Origin: Gracilinanus agilis
Lineage: Eukaryota
Assembly: GCF_016433145.1 (NCBI RefSeq)
Contig: NC_058132.1
Location: 621,210,626 to 621,274,625, forward strand
Direction: 5' to 3'
Length of the DNA: 64,000 bases
A program made the position numbers and the translations under genes. Shown here in pieces: positions 12,970 through 25,498 of the stretch. Each line of letters begins with the position of its first letter. Positions within the stretch are counted from its first letter, which is position 1. The notes beneath the pieces were generated by a model. It did no database searches. It was not told the DNA's origin and saw nothing but the letters and a program-made list of their open reading frames with translations.

Positions 12970-13080
12970 ATCAGGCAAACTCAGGGGAAGCAGCAGGATG
13001 AACAATCCCTCCGTTGCCGTTCTCATCAGAATTTAGATGCTGCTGGGGGGATGGGGCGGGTGAGCGAGGGAGGGAGATAT
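12350..13080. promoter_or_regulatory. CpG-rich putative enhancer or promoter
   Basis: Roughly two dozen CpGs by eye in about 0.7 kb of an otherwise CpG-poor window. TGACGTGA at 12779-12786, TGAGTCA (AP-1) at 12862-12868, and kB-like ggcaatttccc. No repeat signature recognised. Confidence 0.55.
12932..12967 (+). repeat. Poly(A)36 tract
   Basis: Uninterrupted A run; source of the poly-Lys in ORF 12803..13036. Confidence 0.97.
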
Positions 13081-13959
13081 TGTTTGTTTGCCTGGGCCAG
13101 GCAGGGAAGGGATTTATGGGTGATACTCCAGGATGCTGAAAGGGATTTTTTTTTTCAGCTGCTACCTTTATGGATGGTGTTTGGTATATTATATGGGCAG
13201 AAAACACTTCTAGAACCCCAATTCCATGAAGGGCTTAGAGAGCTGTATTGTGTGACCTGCTCTGTGTTCTTCCTATTCATGTGTTTTACTCCTATCAGCT
13301 GGGTCCCAAGAGATATGGAAAAGATCAAAATATGAGGAGTTTAGAGAAATCTGCGTCCTATATTAAATGCTGAGTTCACGGTCCACTTCCTACATAAATC
13401 ACAGGGATTTGAGGTCACGGAAGGCTGAACTTATTACTTCTTATAGTTCTCATCCGGTACCTGAGAGCCAAGGTATAGTAGACAGGTATAGCATAGATAT
13501 AGTAGGTAGAGTAGACGGAGGACGCCATTTGGAATTTGAAGACCCGAGTTGGAATCCTGATTCTACAGTTTGATAGTTACTAGCCATTGGGGAAGATGGG
13601 CCTCAGTTTCTTCAGGTGAAAAAATTATCATAATATTATACTGCCCATCTTATAGATTTCTTGGGCGGTTTGGATATGTTAATGCCTAACAGTTTGTGCT
13701 GGGAAAATGGGAAGCAGTCTGAAGGAAATTAGACATAAACCAATATCTTACTCAACATTTTGCAATAAAGTCAACAAGGTTTTGTAAAGACTTATTGATT
13801 TGTTGACTTGGCAGAAACTGGACTTAGGCCAATTCTGCAATAATTCAAGATGGATACTCAATCTGAATATTAAACATTATAGCTTGAAAAAATTGGACAA
13901 GAAGTAGATAATGTGCTTTTTCACAGAGATGGATTCTTTATGAAACAAAGGAGAAAGGC

Positions 13960-15230
13960 AATTACAAAAAATAAAACATAATTTTGATTTTATGAAAATG
14001 AAAGGGTTTTGTACAAACAAAAACAAAGTAGGATAAAAAGAAAAGTAGTTCCTGGGGGTACATATGGAGGGGGGGAGTCTTTGTATAAAATATCTCTAAT
14101 AAGTATCTGATATCCAAGATATATAGACAACTAATGGATAAAGGTAAGACCAAAAGGTCTTCTCTTTTCCTTGAATCTTTCAGGTTTCCCCCAAATCAGG
14201 TCAACAATCCCCCCACTCCCACTCAATCTGTTGAGCTCTGAATGCTGTATGGAATAAGAAACCACATACTTAAAAAAAACTAATCTGAGAGGATGTAGGT
14301 TGAAAATGAATTGTGCAAAAGTGTCTTCCCCTATGCAAGAGTATATGGTGTGCTTCTTGATAGTTTCCCCAGCTTGCTGCCAGACTGCACATGCTACATG
14401 CTTATGAATTCTGGGTTGGTGGCAGTGTGGATAATTCAGATATTTACAATTTTAAAAAATGAATAAACAAACGCATTGATATATAAACAGTTAACTTAAT
14501 GAAAAACATAATTAATCTATGGAAACCTTTGGTGACTAGAAAATAATGATCCCAAGTTATGTGCAATAACTCTAGCAAATAAAGGCATCCTGGAACGGCA
14601 AAAAAAAAAAAAATGGCTAAGTGGACAAAGAAAGTGAAGAAATTCTTAAAAGAAGAGTTGCAAACTATTAACATTTAGATGAAAGAATTCTCCAATTCAT
14701 TAATAATAAGAGAATTATGGATCCAAATCCTAAAGTTTCTCCTCAGACAAACAAAACCAGAAAAGATGGCAAAAGACAGAACTAGTTGATAATGGTGGGG
14801 TCATAGAAACACAGGAACTTTAATACATTTTTGGTGGAATTGTGAATTAGTAGAACTCTTCTGGAGAGCAATTTAGAATTAGGCAAATAAAGTAGCTAAG
14901 ATGTATAGACTCTTTGACCCAGAAGTTCTACTTCTAGACAAACCCCAGAAGGGAATGTTACTATGTCATAAGAAATGACAAATGTGATGAATATATCATA
15001 CAGCATAGAAATATTTACATAAACTAATGTAAAGTGAAATAAACAATCAGGAAAACTAGTTAAAATATGATTACAACAATGTAAATGGAAATAAAAATAT
15101 AAAAGAAACAAAAATTAACATTGCAAAATTATAAATAACAAACTTGGCCTCAAAGAAGAGATGAGGAAAGATATCTCTCCCTTCCTTTCTGCTGAGATTA
15201 GGGGTGAGGAATTGATGGGGAACATTTTAT
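13960..15230 (+). mobile_element. Old, fragmented L1 (ORF2 3' part to 3'UTR)
   Basis: L1-like segments at about 13960-14160 and 14590-15230 (ctggagagcaatttagaatt, ctctttgacccagaagt), interrupted by unassigned sequence. Confidence 0.65.
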
Positions 15231-16299
15231 ATAAAGGCTTTGGATCAAATCCTAGCTCTGGCATTCACTAGCTTTGTGACCCTGAATAAATCACTTAACT
15301 TTCCTGAATTTTAGATTTCTCATTCAGAAAATGGATAATAATATAGCTGCTTCTTTGAAGTAGGTCTGAGAAAATCACTTTGTGAATATTAAAACACTAT
15401 ATAAACATCAGCATGGAATATACAGTTTTCCTCATTGGTGAGGATTCATAACCTTCTTCAAAGACAGCTCAAATGCTACTTCCTATAAAAGGAATTTCCA
15501 CAGCTCACTTCCCAAGTTGTCAGTATCTCTTTCTCTTGAAATTACTTTTTAATAACTTGATTTCTTTTTTGTATTTACCTGTTCTTGTGCTTGTTATGGC
15601 TCTGAAATAAAATGTAAGTTCCTTGAAGACAGGGACTATTTTATGTTTATGCTTGCACAAAAGTTCTCAGAGATCTGGCTCAGTTCCCTGCCCTTCTTAA
15701 ATGTTTTGTAGATTTGAATCATAACCATCAAAAGCTTCTCTGATAATTCATGGTGGAATAAAAGGTGATCTTGGATTCTTAATGGCTATATCAGTGGAAC
15801 AGAAGCTCTTAAAGATTCTACTAAGCCAGAAAGTCTTAAACTGGGTTACTGGTAATGGTTTGGACCATTCTGTCATCCAAGGATCATCTGGCTTAGTTGA
15901 GAGTGGCTCACCACCAGATTGGCTGAAAGGTGGTGAATTTTAGACCATACAGCAACTAAAGGATTGTTCATTAAATTTTAGATGGATTGCTATCTGCATT
16001 AATACCCAGTTATTCAGGACAGTATATTAATTAAAAATCTTGAACCTTTGTACTCCATCTCCCAGAATTTTTTTTCATTACCCAGCATCCTTTTCCCTTC
16101 ATCCCCAAGTTGTGAGCTTACCTTTTTTATATATAGTTGTGGGTAGCTCCGCCTTTCACTTTCTCTTTTTATCTCATGCGGGGCTAGGTGGGCTCTCTTT
16201 TACCCTAGCTTGTTTATTTTTCTTCAAGTTATTAATTGATAAATTCTTATAAAAATATAATACTTGAAGGATTTGAATATTAATTTTGATTTTCACAAC

Positions 16300-16489
16300 A
16301 GCTCAGTCACTGAACAGAGAGCCAGCTCTGAAGAGGGGAGGTTCTCAGTTAAAACATAATCTCAAGACGCTTCATAATTGTGTGATTCTGGGCAAGTCAT
16401 TTAACCCCAACTGTCCAGCCTTTACTACTCTTCTGCCTTGGAACTGACACTTACTATTAATTCTAAGACAGATAGTAAGGTTTTTTAAC
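16300..16489 (+). mobile_element. SINE-1_MD-like SINE (diverged)
   Basis: ctgggcaagtcatttaacccc...ctcttctgccttggaac...attctaagacag. Confidence 0.8.
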
Positions 16490-16724
16490 CTAGTTATTTA
16501 TATGTTTCCTCCATTAAAATGCGAGGGTAAGGGGAGGGGATTGGCCTTTTTTTCTATCCCCAGGTCATAACACAGTGCCAGGGCCACAGAAAGTTTGATA
16601 AAAATGCTTATTGACTTATTGGCTGACTCACAGACCAGATATAATGGAATGCACATACTAACAAAATCACAAATCCTTGAAGTTAACCACATGTCTCTTG
16701 AAAGTTACTATAGTACTGTTGAAG

Positions 16725-16985
16725 AGATAGCTAGATGGTACAATAAATGGACCAGTGGCCTTGGAGTTAGGAAGACCTGAATTTGAATCTAGCCTCAGAT
16801 ACTACCTAACCATGACCCTGGGTAAGTCACTAAATCTCTTCTGTATCAGTATCTTCATCTATTAAATGGAGATAATAACAATCCCTACTTCCAAGAACAG
16901 TTGTTAACAATAAAATATGAAGATATTTATAAAATGCTTTACCAATCTTAAAGACCTATTTAGATGTTCGCTCTTATTATTGTTA
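16725..16985 (+). mobile_element. MIR
   Basis: ggagttaggaagacctgaatttgaatc...gaccctgggtaagtcac...aaatggagataataac. Confidence 0.8.
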
Positions 16986-19900
16986 TTCTTTAAAATGTCA
17001 AAACATTTTTCAATATTTCAATGTTATTGTTAAAGAAAAACCCTTGTAATGGTTGAAAACTATATATAGGTTGCAAGAAAGAAAAGGGAAGCAAAGTGAA
17101 TACTCATTCATTGGAGGATGGCTGAACAAATTGTGATTTATTAATACAATGGAGTACAATTGTGCTATATGAAATAAAAATACAGAAACATGGAGAGACT
17201 TAACATGAACTGATGCAGAAAGAAATCAGCAAAACCAGAAAAATAATATAGTAAACTGTCTTTTTTCATAGTCAATAAGCATTTATTAAATGTTTGCTGT
17301 TTGCCAGGCACTGTGAAATAGCAAAGAGTCCCCTGTCATTTTACTGGAGAGTGGGAGAGAGGGGGAAGACAATACAAAGGGAGATTAAGTGTAGAGAGAA
17401 ACAGCAAATGAATAAGGGTTCAAGAAGTAACCCCAGTTTGCCTATCTCCAATTCCTGTCTGCTATGAACAGATGTTACTGTTTCCTCTGGAGATCACTTG
17501 CTAATTCTAGGTGTCTGTTTCAAACTCAGTGCAGAGAACTTCTGTTAATAGCTCTTTCATGAGCATCTAGTAATTGATTGAATCCAAAATCCACTAATAC
17601 TCCTATTCTCTACATGTACTTGTTGCTCCATAATTTGATCTTCACTTTAAATATAAATTATATCTTTAAATGGATTGATAAGATCACTGAAATTGTTCAT
17701 AAGGGACAATGAAACTGGCAAAACTGGTTGTTCCATTCAATTCTTAAGAACTAAGGAGCTATCTTATTACTGAATGGCTCTTGAGAATAGGAGGATGCTT
17801 CATGAGTTTAGCAATAGTATATGCAATGCCATCATGCTTCTGGGGAGGGGGCAAGGGGAAAATATGTTAACTCTTGATTATTCTCTTCCTTTGGAAATCA
17901 CTTCATTTGTGATAATTTTGTTTCTTGTCTGTACTTACTATGGATGTGGATGTTATAACTCTGAAGTAGAAGGTCAGTTCCTTGAAAGCAAAAACTTTGA
18001 TTTTTTTTGTTTTGGGGAACACAGTTCCCAGGGCACAAAACTGGCACAGTTTCTTGCCCAAGATCTAAAGATTGCTGTTAAATCACACTATAATAAAATT
18101 CTTTCCAAAAATTTTCTCAAGGATTATTTCAAGATTTTTCAGCTTCTGTGACTGTGACTCTTTCCAAGACCTTAAAGCAAGAATTCATCTTCTCTTTCCT
18201 ATCGGCTTACTTGTGAAAAAGGCTATTCCCAAGAATTTCATTGTCTACCCCACCGGTGAACAGAAGGGCAATGGAAGATAACTACAAATATCTCAGAACA
18301 ACATTGTATACTGGAAAAAGAAATGGCTCTGGAGTCAGTGGATCTGTGTTTAAATAAGTATCACTCTGATACTTATTTCTTGTGTGACCTTGGATAAGTC
18401 CTTTCCCTTCCTTCTTTGTTTCTTTAACAATATAATAGAGGTGTTAGCTTACATTGTCTTGAGATTTTTTCTAGTTCCAGATCTGTGTTGACCACCATCT
18501 TCATCTTCTCCCTCTGCTTTCCACAGAAGCAGATGTACTTTATCAATTCTTGTGACAATGAGGGCGCAATTTCTTCTGAGGAATAACCCAGCTAAACATT
18601 GGGGATGTAAAGTCCAAGCCAAAAGAATCTGTTTCTCCCAGGGATTTTGGTTGTGAATAATGTATAATGAAAAGCTTGAGATAAAGGGAAGAAAAAGAGG
18701 ATTTAATACATGCTCCTCTGACCTTTCACAACTTTGTTGTGAGAGCAGGGAGAAAAATGGTGGAAAGAGGAGAAAGGAAAAATGGAGAATAGTTGAAGAG
18801 GGAAGGTAATAACACATTATGGAGTCCTAGATTTCTACTCAAAGTGAAAAATCAAGAGGAACAATGGCAAGACAAGACCTCGAGTCCTGTCCGCATCTCC
18901 TGCCCCCACATAGCTTCTCTCCTCACCCCTTCTGCTGCAATGAAAAAAGACAATAGCTTTCCGGGTAAATACTTTCTTTTAAATTCTGTTCCAGAAATTT
19001 CCTATATGAAACTTTTGATAGAATAATAGATAATATCACATTGAATTTTTTTAAAAGAGTTCATTTAGTGAAAATAATAATTATATTGTCTATAGATGGG
19101 TTTAAATTGCTATAAGATGGTGGATGAAATATTTGCTTTAAACCATCTAAAAATAACATCTTTTTTTCTTTTCTGTAAAAAAATAAGCAGTTGAAAGATA
19201 ATGTTAACCAAAACGTGCAAAAAATAAAAATCCATTTGTTCATTGGCTCTTATTTTCAGCCGTTGTGGATTCCTAACACCTTTTATAAAAAGATGATGTC
19301 ATCCTGTCTTCCGTTTCTTTTGCTTCTAGCCTTCTGCCAGAAATAACTGCTATTTTAAACATAGTGTTACTCATTAACTAAAGAGCTAGATCTGGGGTCC
19401 CTATTAAAGGACCATTTAAAGAAGGGGTACATCAGAAAAATTAGATCCCATTTGCAGCTTATTTCACTGGTGTATTTCATTGTTCTGCATGCAAATTCTC
19501 TTCCCAGCCAGGGCAAAGAGAGATTATTTATGAAAGGAATTTACAGTGAAAGATAATGAGGTAGTTTTCACCAAGCCATCAATCTCACTGCTGTTCGAGG
19601 CCCCTGGAGTCAGAAGACAGACCATTAGCACTTGGAGAGTTCCACTAATAATGGAAAGAAGGTGACATTTAGAATACTTGTTTAAATGGAAAGAGCCAAT
19701 GTATGCAAATCCTAGGATATCTTGGAGGAAATGATGCCTTCCTAGCTTCTGTCACCATAGTTTTGTACCTGACAGTTCACATAGCCACTTTTCCCTGCCT
19801 TTTTGCATCAATAAGAATAGAGTGGGAGAAAAAAAACAGAAATAACCAAAGTGGGTTACAGGGGCAGTGAGATCCCACTGGACACAGCAGAGATGGGAGC

Positions 19901-20440
19901 AAAAAACAAAAATGAACTGGAGTTGAAGAAGGAATTTCTGGGAAATTTATTTTCCCCTTGACCCCACATTATTTTTACTTATGAATCTGACTGTAAGTTC
20001 CTTGAACTGGAAGATTTTGTTTTGTGAGATGTTGAAGTAAAATTACTGGAGGAAGGCTAAAGGTATGTAATTACTGGGGGAGGGTAGAAATATACTTGTA
20101 TCAACAAAGAAAACCAAATTTCTAAATGTCTTAGCCTTTTTTTTTCTTTTGTCAGAAAAAAGGGCATGAGAAGAGCTCTAATAAGAGTAAGAAAAGACGA
20201 CTTTATCATTATCATAGCTGGCATTTATATAATACTTTAAAGTTTGCTAAGTTCTGTCTATTGCCTTATTTGATCTTCACAACAATCAGGGGAAATAGGT
20301 AGTATTATCTCTATTTTACAAATGAGAAAACTAAGAATGAGTGAAATGAAGTGATTTGTCTAAGGTTACCCAAATAGCAAAGAGTTTGAGGCAGAATTTG
20401 AACTATAGTTTTCCTGACTCCTCTTTCTACCATACCAGCT

Positions 20441-20677
20441 TTTGTTTGGTTGTTTTAATCGTGTTCAACTCTTTGTCATATCATTTGGAGTTTTCTTGGT
20501 AAAGATAATGGAGTGGTTTGCCATTTCCCTCTCTAGCTCATTTGATGGATGAGGAAATTGAAGGGGGGGAAAGAGTTAAGTGACTAATAAGTGTCTGAGG
20601 CTAGATTTGAACTCAGGAAAATGAGTCTTGTGACTCCAAGCCTAGCCCTCTATCCACTGTGCTACCTTACTGCCCCT
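20441..20677 (-). mobile_element. Mar1 CORE-SINE with RTE/Bov-B-like tail
   Basis: gtgttcaactctttgt...gttttcttggtaaagataatggagtggtttgccatttcc...gctcattt, followed by reverse CORE. Confidence 0.85.
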
Positions 20678-21296
20678 AAAGTTTCTATAGTACTTCAAGG
20701 TTTGCAAAGTACTTGACATATAATATCTCCTTTGTTCTTTGCTATGCTAATAATTAAAATGCTATTTTAATTATTATAGGTAATGTGCATGTATTATGAT
20801 TTTATGTAAAAAATTAAATCTCCAGCTTACACAATATTTTGGAATCATTTGACCAAGGCGTTTGCCTCCTTTCCAATAAGACAAAATTCATCTCTTTAAG
20901 GTTCTGTCACTCATAAAAAGGGGACAAATGTAATGTCAGAAAATGAATTTAAATTTCTCCTTATATTCAGTATTGAAATCACCTTAGAATAGGCACTCAC
21001 CTAAGTCACATGTTTTATAGGTTAACATAATGCTAAATAAAGCAAGATGTTATGAACTAGGAGAGAGTATCTGACAAGTCACAAAAACAATGAATAAATA
21101 GACTTTGAGACAAGATTTTTTTTAAGTGACATCATCTGAATAGAGAAAACAAGCTCCAGGAAATTTAAAAATTGTCCCTAACTATATAAGGGAATGGACA
21201 GAAAGCTTTCTTTCCAGAGAATCTTACAAGGTTGAAATTTGAAAAGACCTCACTCAACATCTTATCCATCATCTTTGATCACTCCTCTCAACTTTA

Positions 21297-21795
21297 TGAC
21301 AGACCTTAGGACAAAAAGCCCCAGCAACACATGGCAGAACACCAGGACTCTATTCCTTAGCCTGTCAGTCATGGATAAATGTATAATCTGACTTCATCCA
21401 TTCCTGAGAACCATCCCCCAATCCCCAGAGACTGAGTCTCCCCACTGCTCTCAGGGATATCCAGTGAAGTTAATCCAAGTTGCCAACTTCCCCAGAGACA
21501 ATCAATAGAGGACTTGAACTATATTACCCCTGAAGCCCCCTAATGCTATAAGATCTCATGATTTCCCTACCCAGGTGGGACTCCATAGTGATCTGCTGGC
21601 CTTGGGCTCCCCCTTGCCACTCCTCGACTCCATTCCCCACCCATGGAACTCCCTAGTCAATTCTCTTGGCATTGGACTTCCTCTTGATGCCTCTTCCCTC
21701 CATTCCCCACTTCTTTCCTTCATTAAAGTTTTGCTATATTACCTTACTTTGGTCTCTTTGTCTCTTGAGTTGAACCCCTGTCAGTCAGACTGACA
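21297..21795 (+). mobile_element. Probable solo LTR (about 499 bp)
   Basis: TG...CA ends, near-TSD cttta/cctta, TATAA at about 21547, ATTAAA at 21722-21727; interrupts a MIR-like element. Confidence 0.6.
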
Positions 21796-22161
21796 CCTTA
21801 TTTTACAAATGAGAAACCTGAGGCTCATAAAGGAAAGTGATATTCTGCATTTCTACAGACAATTAACAAAATTCTCAAATGGGCTTAAATTGCATTTTGC
21901 ATTAAATTGCATGGGATGATATGGATCTCAGAAATGGAAAGGACTTTAGAATTTGCCTAGCCCAATCTCCTTTTTTTTTTCAGGATCTATGTCTTTTATC
22001 TGTTTTGTATCTTACCTAGTGCATAAAACAATAGGGAAGACATAGTAGATAATTGAACAGATTCTTGAATAAATACTGAAGTAGATACTTGATTTTGAAG
22101 TTTGCACTTAGAATAGGGTATTTTGCCTTTATTTTCATATCTTTGTTAAAACTACATTTTA

Positions 22162-22358
22162 GGGATCAGTTAAGTGGTTCAGGGGATAGAGATCCAAGCT
22201 TGCTGATGGGAGGTCTTAGGTTCAAATCTGACTGCAGACACTTTCTAGATGTGTGACATGGGGCTAGTCACTTAACCCCTATTGCCTAGCCCTTATTGCT
22301 CTTCTGTCTTAGAACCAATACACAGTATTAATTCTAAAATAGAAGGCAAGGGTTTAAA
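22162..22358 (+). mobile_element. SINE-1_MD-like SINE with TSD
   Basis: Typical body; aaaactacat duplicated at 22148-22157 and 22359-22368. Confidence 0.92.
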
Positions 22359-22479
22359 AAAACTACATGTTATTTGAAAACCTTTATCAATGCAGATGGA
22401 GTGGTTTCATACAGATCTTGCTTGCTGCTCTTTTTTTTTTAATTAGCTAAGTAAATTCCTTTCCCATTTCTGCCAACTT

Positions 22480-22990
22480 CATTTTTTTAAAACTTAATTT
22501 TATCTTATTTTCAGCTCTAAATTTTCTTCTTCCTTTTATGGTAGTTTGTTTATGTATATTCTTTACCTAATCTGTTCCACTCACCAATGTCACTGTTTCT
22601 TTCCCAGTACCAAATTGTTTTGATGATTATAGCTTTGTAATATAGTTTGAGATCTGATACAATGAGCTTCTCTTCCTTCCTACTTTTTTCTTTAATTCTC
22701 TTAATATTTTAACCTTTTTTTCTCCAGATGGGTTTTGTATTTGTTTTTTTTTCTAGTTCTTTAAAGTAATTTTTTTATGCTAGTTTTGGCAACACATATA
22801 CTAAAACTGGAACAATACAGAGAAGATTAGTATGGTCTCTGCACAAGGAGGACACATGCATTCATAAAGTGTTGCATATCTTTTAAAAGAAATGAAAAAA
22901 TAAAGTAATTATTTGGTAGTCTGATTAATATAGGACTGGATAAGTTAATTAGTTTAGATAATATTGTCTTGACACCTTGATTTTCCAGAT
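22480..22990 (-). mobile_element. Old L1 ORF2 fragment (host of the U6 retrocopy)
   Basis: ttcccagtaccaaattgttttgatgattatagctttgtaatatagtttgagatctg; the L1 sequence resumes after the U6 copy. Confidence 0.8.
22777..22884 (+). pseudogene. RNU6: U6 snRNA processed pseudogene (full length)
   Basis: atgctagttttggcaacacatatactaaaactggaacaatacagagaagattagtatggtctctgcacaaggaggacac...catatctttt aligns end to end with U6. A-rich tail and near-perfect TSD taaagtaatt(t/a)ttt. Confidence 0.95.
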
Positions 22991-24109
22991 AAGGAAACTG
23001 AAGTTCAAAGAAGGGAATTGAAAGGAGCAAAGCCAATATTCAAACCAAAGTCCTCTAATTTCAAATACAGAATTTTTTCCTGCCCCACCTATTTTAGAGT
23101 CAAAAGAAATTACCGGTTATGATAAATAGCCCAAGAAATCATAACTCCATCTCTGGAAATATTTCAGAACATATTTCTGAGAAATATTATGAACTTTTCC
23201 TTGATTAAATCTGATTTAGCTTTTCCTAAAGTCAAAAAGCCAAGTTAACTCTAGACAAATAGAGCAATAAGGGAATTTAGAGATCATCTAATCTAATCAT
23301 TTTATTTTGTAAAAGAAGAAACTGTGGTCCAAAAGCTGGACCAGATAACCTCTGGAGATCTCTCTCAGCTTCCCAGTGCTGAGTAAGATTTCCAGCAGAA
23401 ACTCTACCTAAGATAAAAGAAGTTTCTTTCATCCAAAACCTATCAAGAAATGGCAGCAGAATTAGTTTCTACTCTGCTGACTAAGTAACTAACTGTTCTA
23501 GAATGCCATGAGGCCAGAGCTATAAATACTCCTAAACATTATTTCCAAGATCTCTAATTCAGCACAGTTTTACTACATGTTGCTATGATGAGAAACATTT
23601 AAGTCAACTTAGTCTTCACCTCTAAAATGTTTCAAAAACCAGTGAGAAATAAATATGACCACTAGCCCTATAAGTTGGGGGAGTAACAGCTATATTTTTC
23701 ATTTAAAAGAAAAGATGGGCTCTCAAGATTTTGTTGTTGGGAGACGAATGAGACTCATTCATAAGAATGACAACTAATAACTTCTTGTAGTCTTTGTTCC
23801 AAATAATTGAGATGTAACCTTGAGGTCACATTGTGGGCCACCAATCAAGATGGAATTCTGTAATGAAACAGCATAGTAATTAGAGCAGAAAGCTTGGGTT
23901 TGACTCTTGTCTATCCTTCTTACCAGCTATGCAACATTCTGAAAACCACTTCATTCAGCCTCAATTTCTTCAGCTAACAAAACGGAGCTAATAATATTGA
24001 TACAAAAAATAATATTGATACCGTCTACCTCATGAGGTTGTCAGGAAAATGTCTTGTAAAACTTAAAGTGTTATAGAAATGTGCTTTGTAAAATTTTATC
24101 TAAATATGA

Positions 24110-24273
24110 ACTACTTAACATGGAAATTGATTTTGAATAATGATACATGTATGACCCAGTGGAACTGCTTTTCTGCTTTGGTGGGAGGGAGAAATTGGGG
24201 GTAATCATGAATCATGTAACCATGGGAAAATATTCTAAATAAAATTTAAAAAATTATAAAAATTAAAAATAAA
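24110..24273 (+). mobile_element. L1 3'UTR terminal fragment
   Basis: tacatgtatgacccagtgg...catgaatcatgtaaccatgggaaaatattc followed by A-rich tail. Confidence 0.85.
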
Positions 24274-25498
24274 CATGAGCTACTGTCATTATGTATTACT
24301 GTTATTTATTATAAATAATTGTCATTGTTTATTACTATTAAGACAAAATTGATGATAGCACTCTATCTTATGTTTCCTTCTTATAGCAATTGTATGCCTG
24401 CATCCAGGATAGCACATATATAGCATAATAAAGAAAAGCAATCAATCAATAAATATTTATTAAATGCCTGTTATACACATGGTGCTAGTTTTTCTCCAGT
24501 TTCTCACCACCACGGTAAATGGAAATAGGCATCAGTTTGGTCATTGGTTTTCCACTGGAGTCATAAATGTAGCTAGAGTTACAGATCTGATGCTTAGCCC
24601 ATTCTGCTTTGCTTTTAAGATTCAGCAGCTACTGTGTTGAAGTTCATCTGTTTGAAATATTTACTGTATATAATCCTCACTTAGTTGGTAGGCTTTTGCC
24701 ATAGAAACCTCCCTTAGCAACAGTGATGAACACCCGCCAGAATAATAGCAAACAGATTTGAAAGAGTAGAAGCACCTCTGGAGAATGCCCTGTGGAACGG
24801 CTTTTCTCTGAGTGAAATATACTGCAAAATAGCCATTGGCTTCACATGTGGGAGACAAGTGAAAACAAATGCCATTCTGGCTGTTGGGGAAATGATTCTT
24901 CTTTTTAATCATTCGAAGCCTGATTGATATCTAAGATTCCTTCTAGCTTAGAATTCTGTGATTCTACAGATCTGAGATTCAGGAGTTGCTAGCCCTGGGA
25001 GCTTCTCGTTCCATAGCTGAAGATGGGAAAGTGTATGTACATAAAGAACAGGTGAATCTGAAAGCACTGGAAATATGAGCAGTGATATTGTATGTGTCCC
25101 CTTTTGGGAAGTGTAGTTTATTTCCCTCTTTCAAATGTGTGCTCTTCAAGCGGTTTCATGTTAAAGGCAAACTTTGGGGTCACCATCAATTCACATTATT
25201 CCCTTGTACCCTCATTCTCTCGCTATAAATCTCTCCATGACTAAGGTCAAATAGCAGATATGAAATGAGAATAAATAAAGACATTTACTTGAAATGAAAT
25301 TAAAATGAAATTAAGAAATTTAAAGAAAATTAAAGAGAGTTAAATTCAGCAATTTAATTACCACCACCCAATCCCAATATGACCCATCCTCAGCCTAGCT
25401 TTCGCTGACCAGTTATTACCAAGACAATCTCTACCTCTTTTTGCACCCCTGATCTATAAATAAAAAAGATAGTTTCTGTAAATTATACAATGTACTCT

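Noticed and set aside
12479-13335. Cluster of overlapping 60-100 aa ORFs
   Set aside because: Expected from locally higher GC content; no recognisable homology, and poly-Lys comes from the A36 tract
23990-24021. Short tandem duplications (aataatattgatac twice; also 36131-36150 and 44122-44161)
   Set aside because: Ordinary slippage duplications, mostly within decayed repeats
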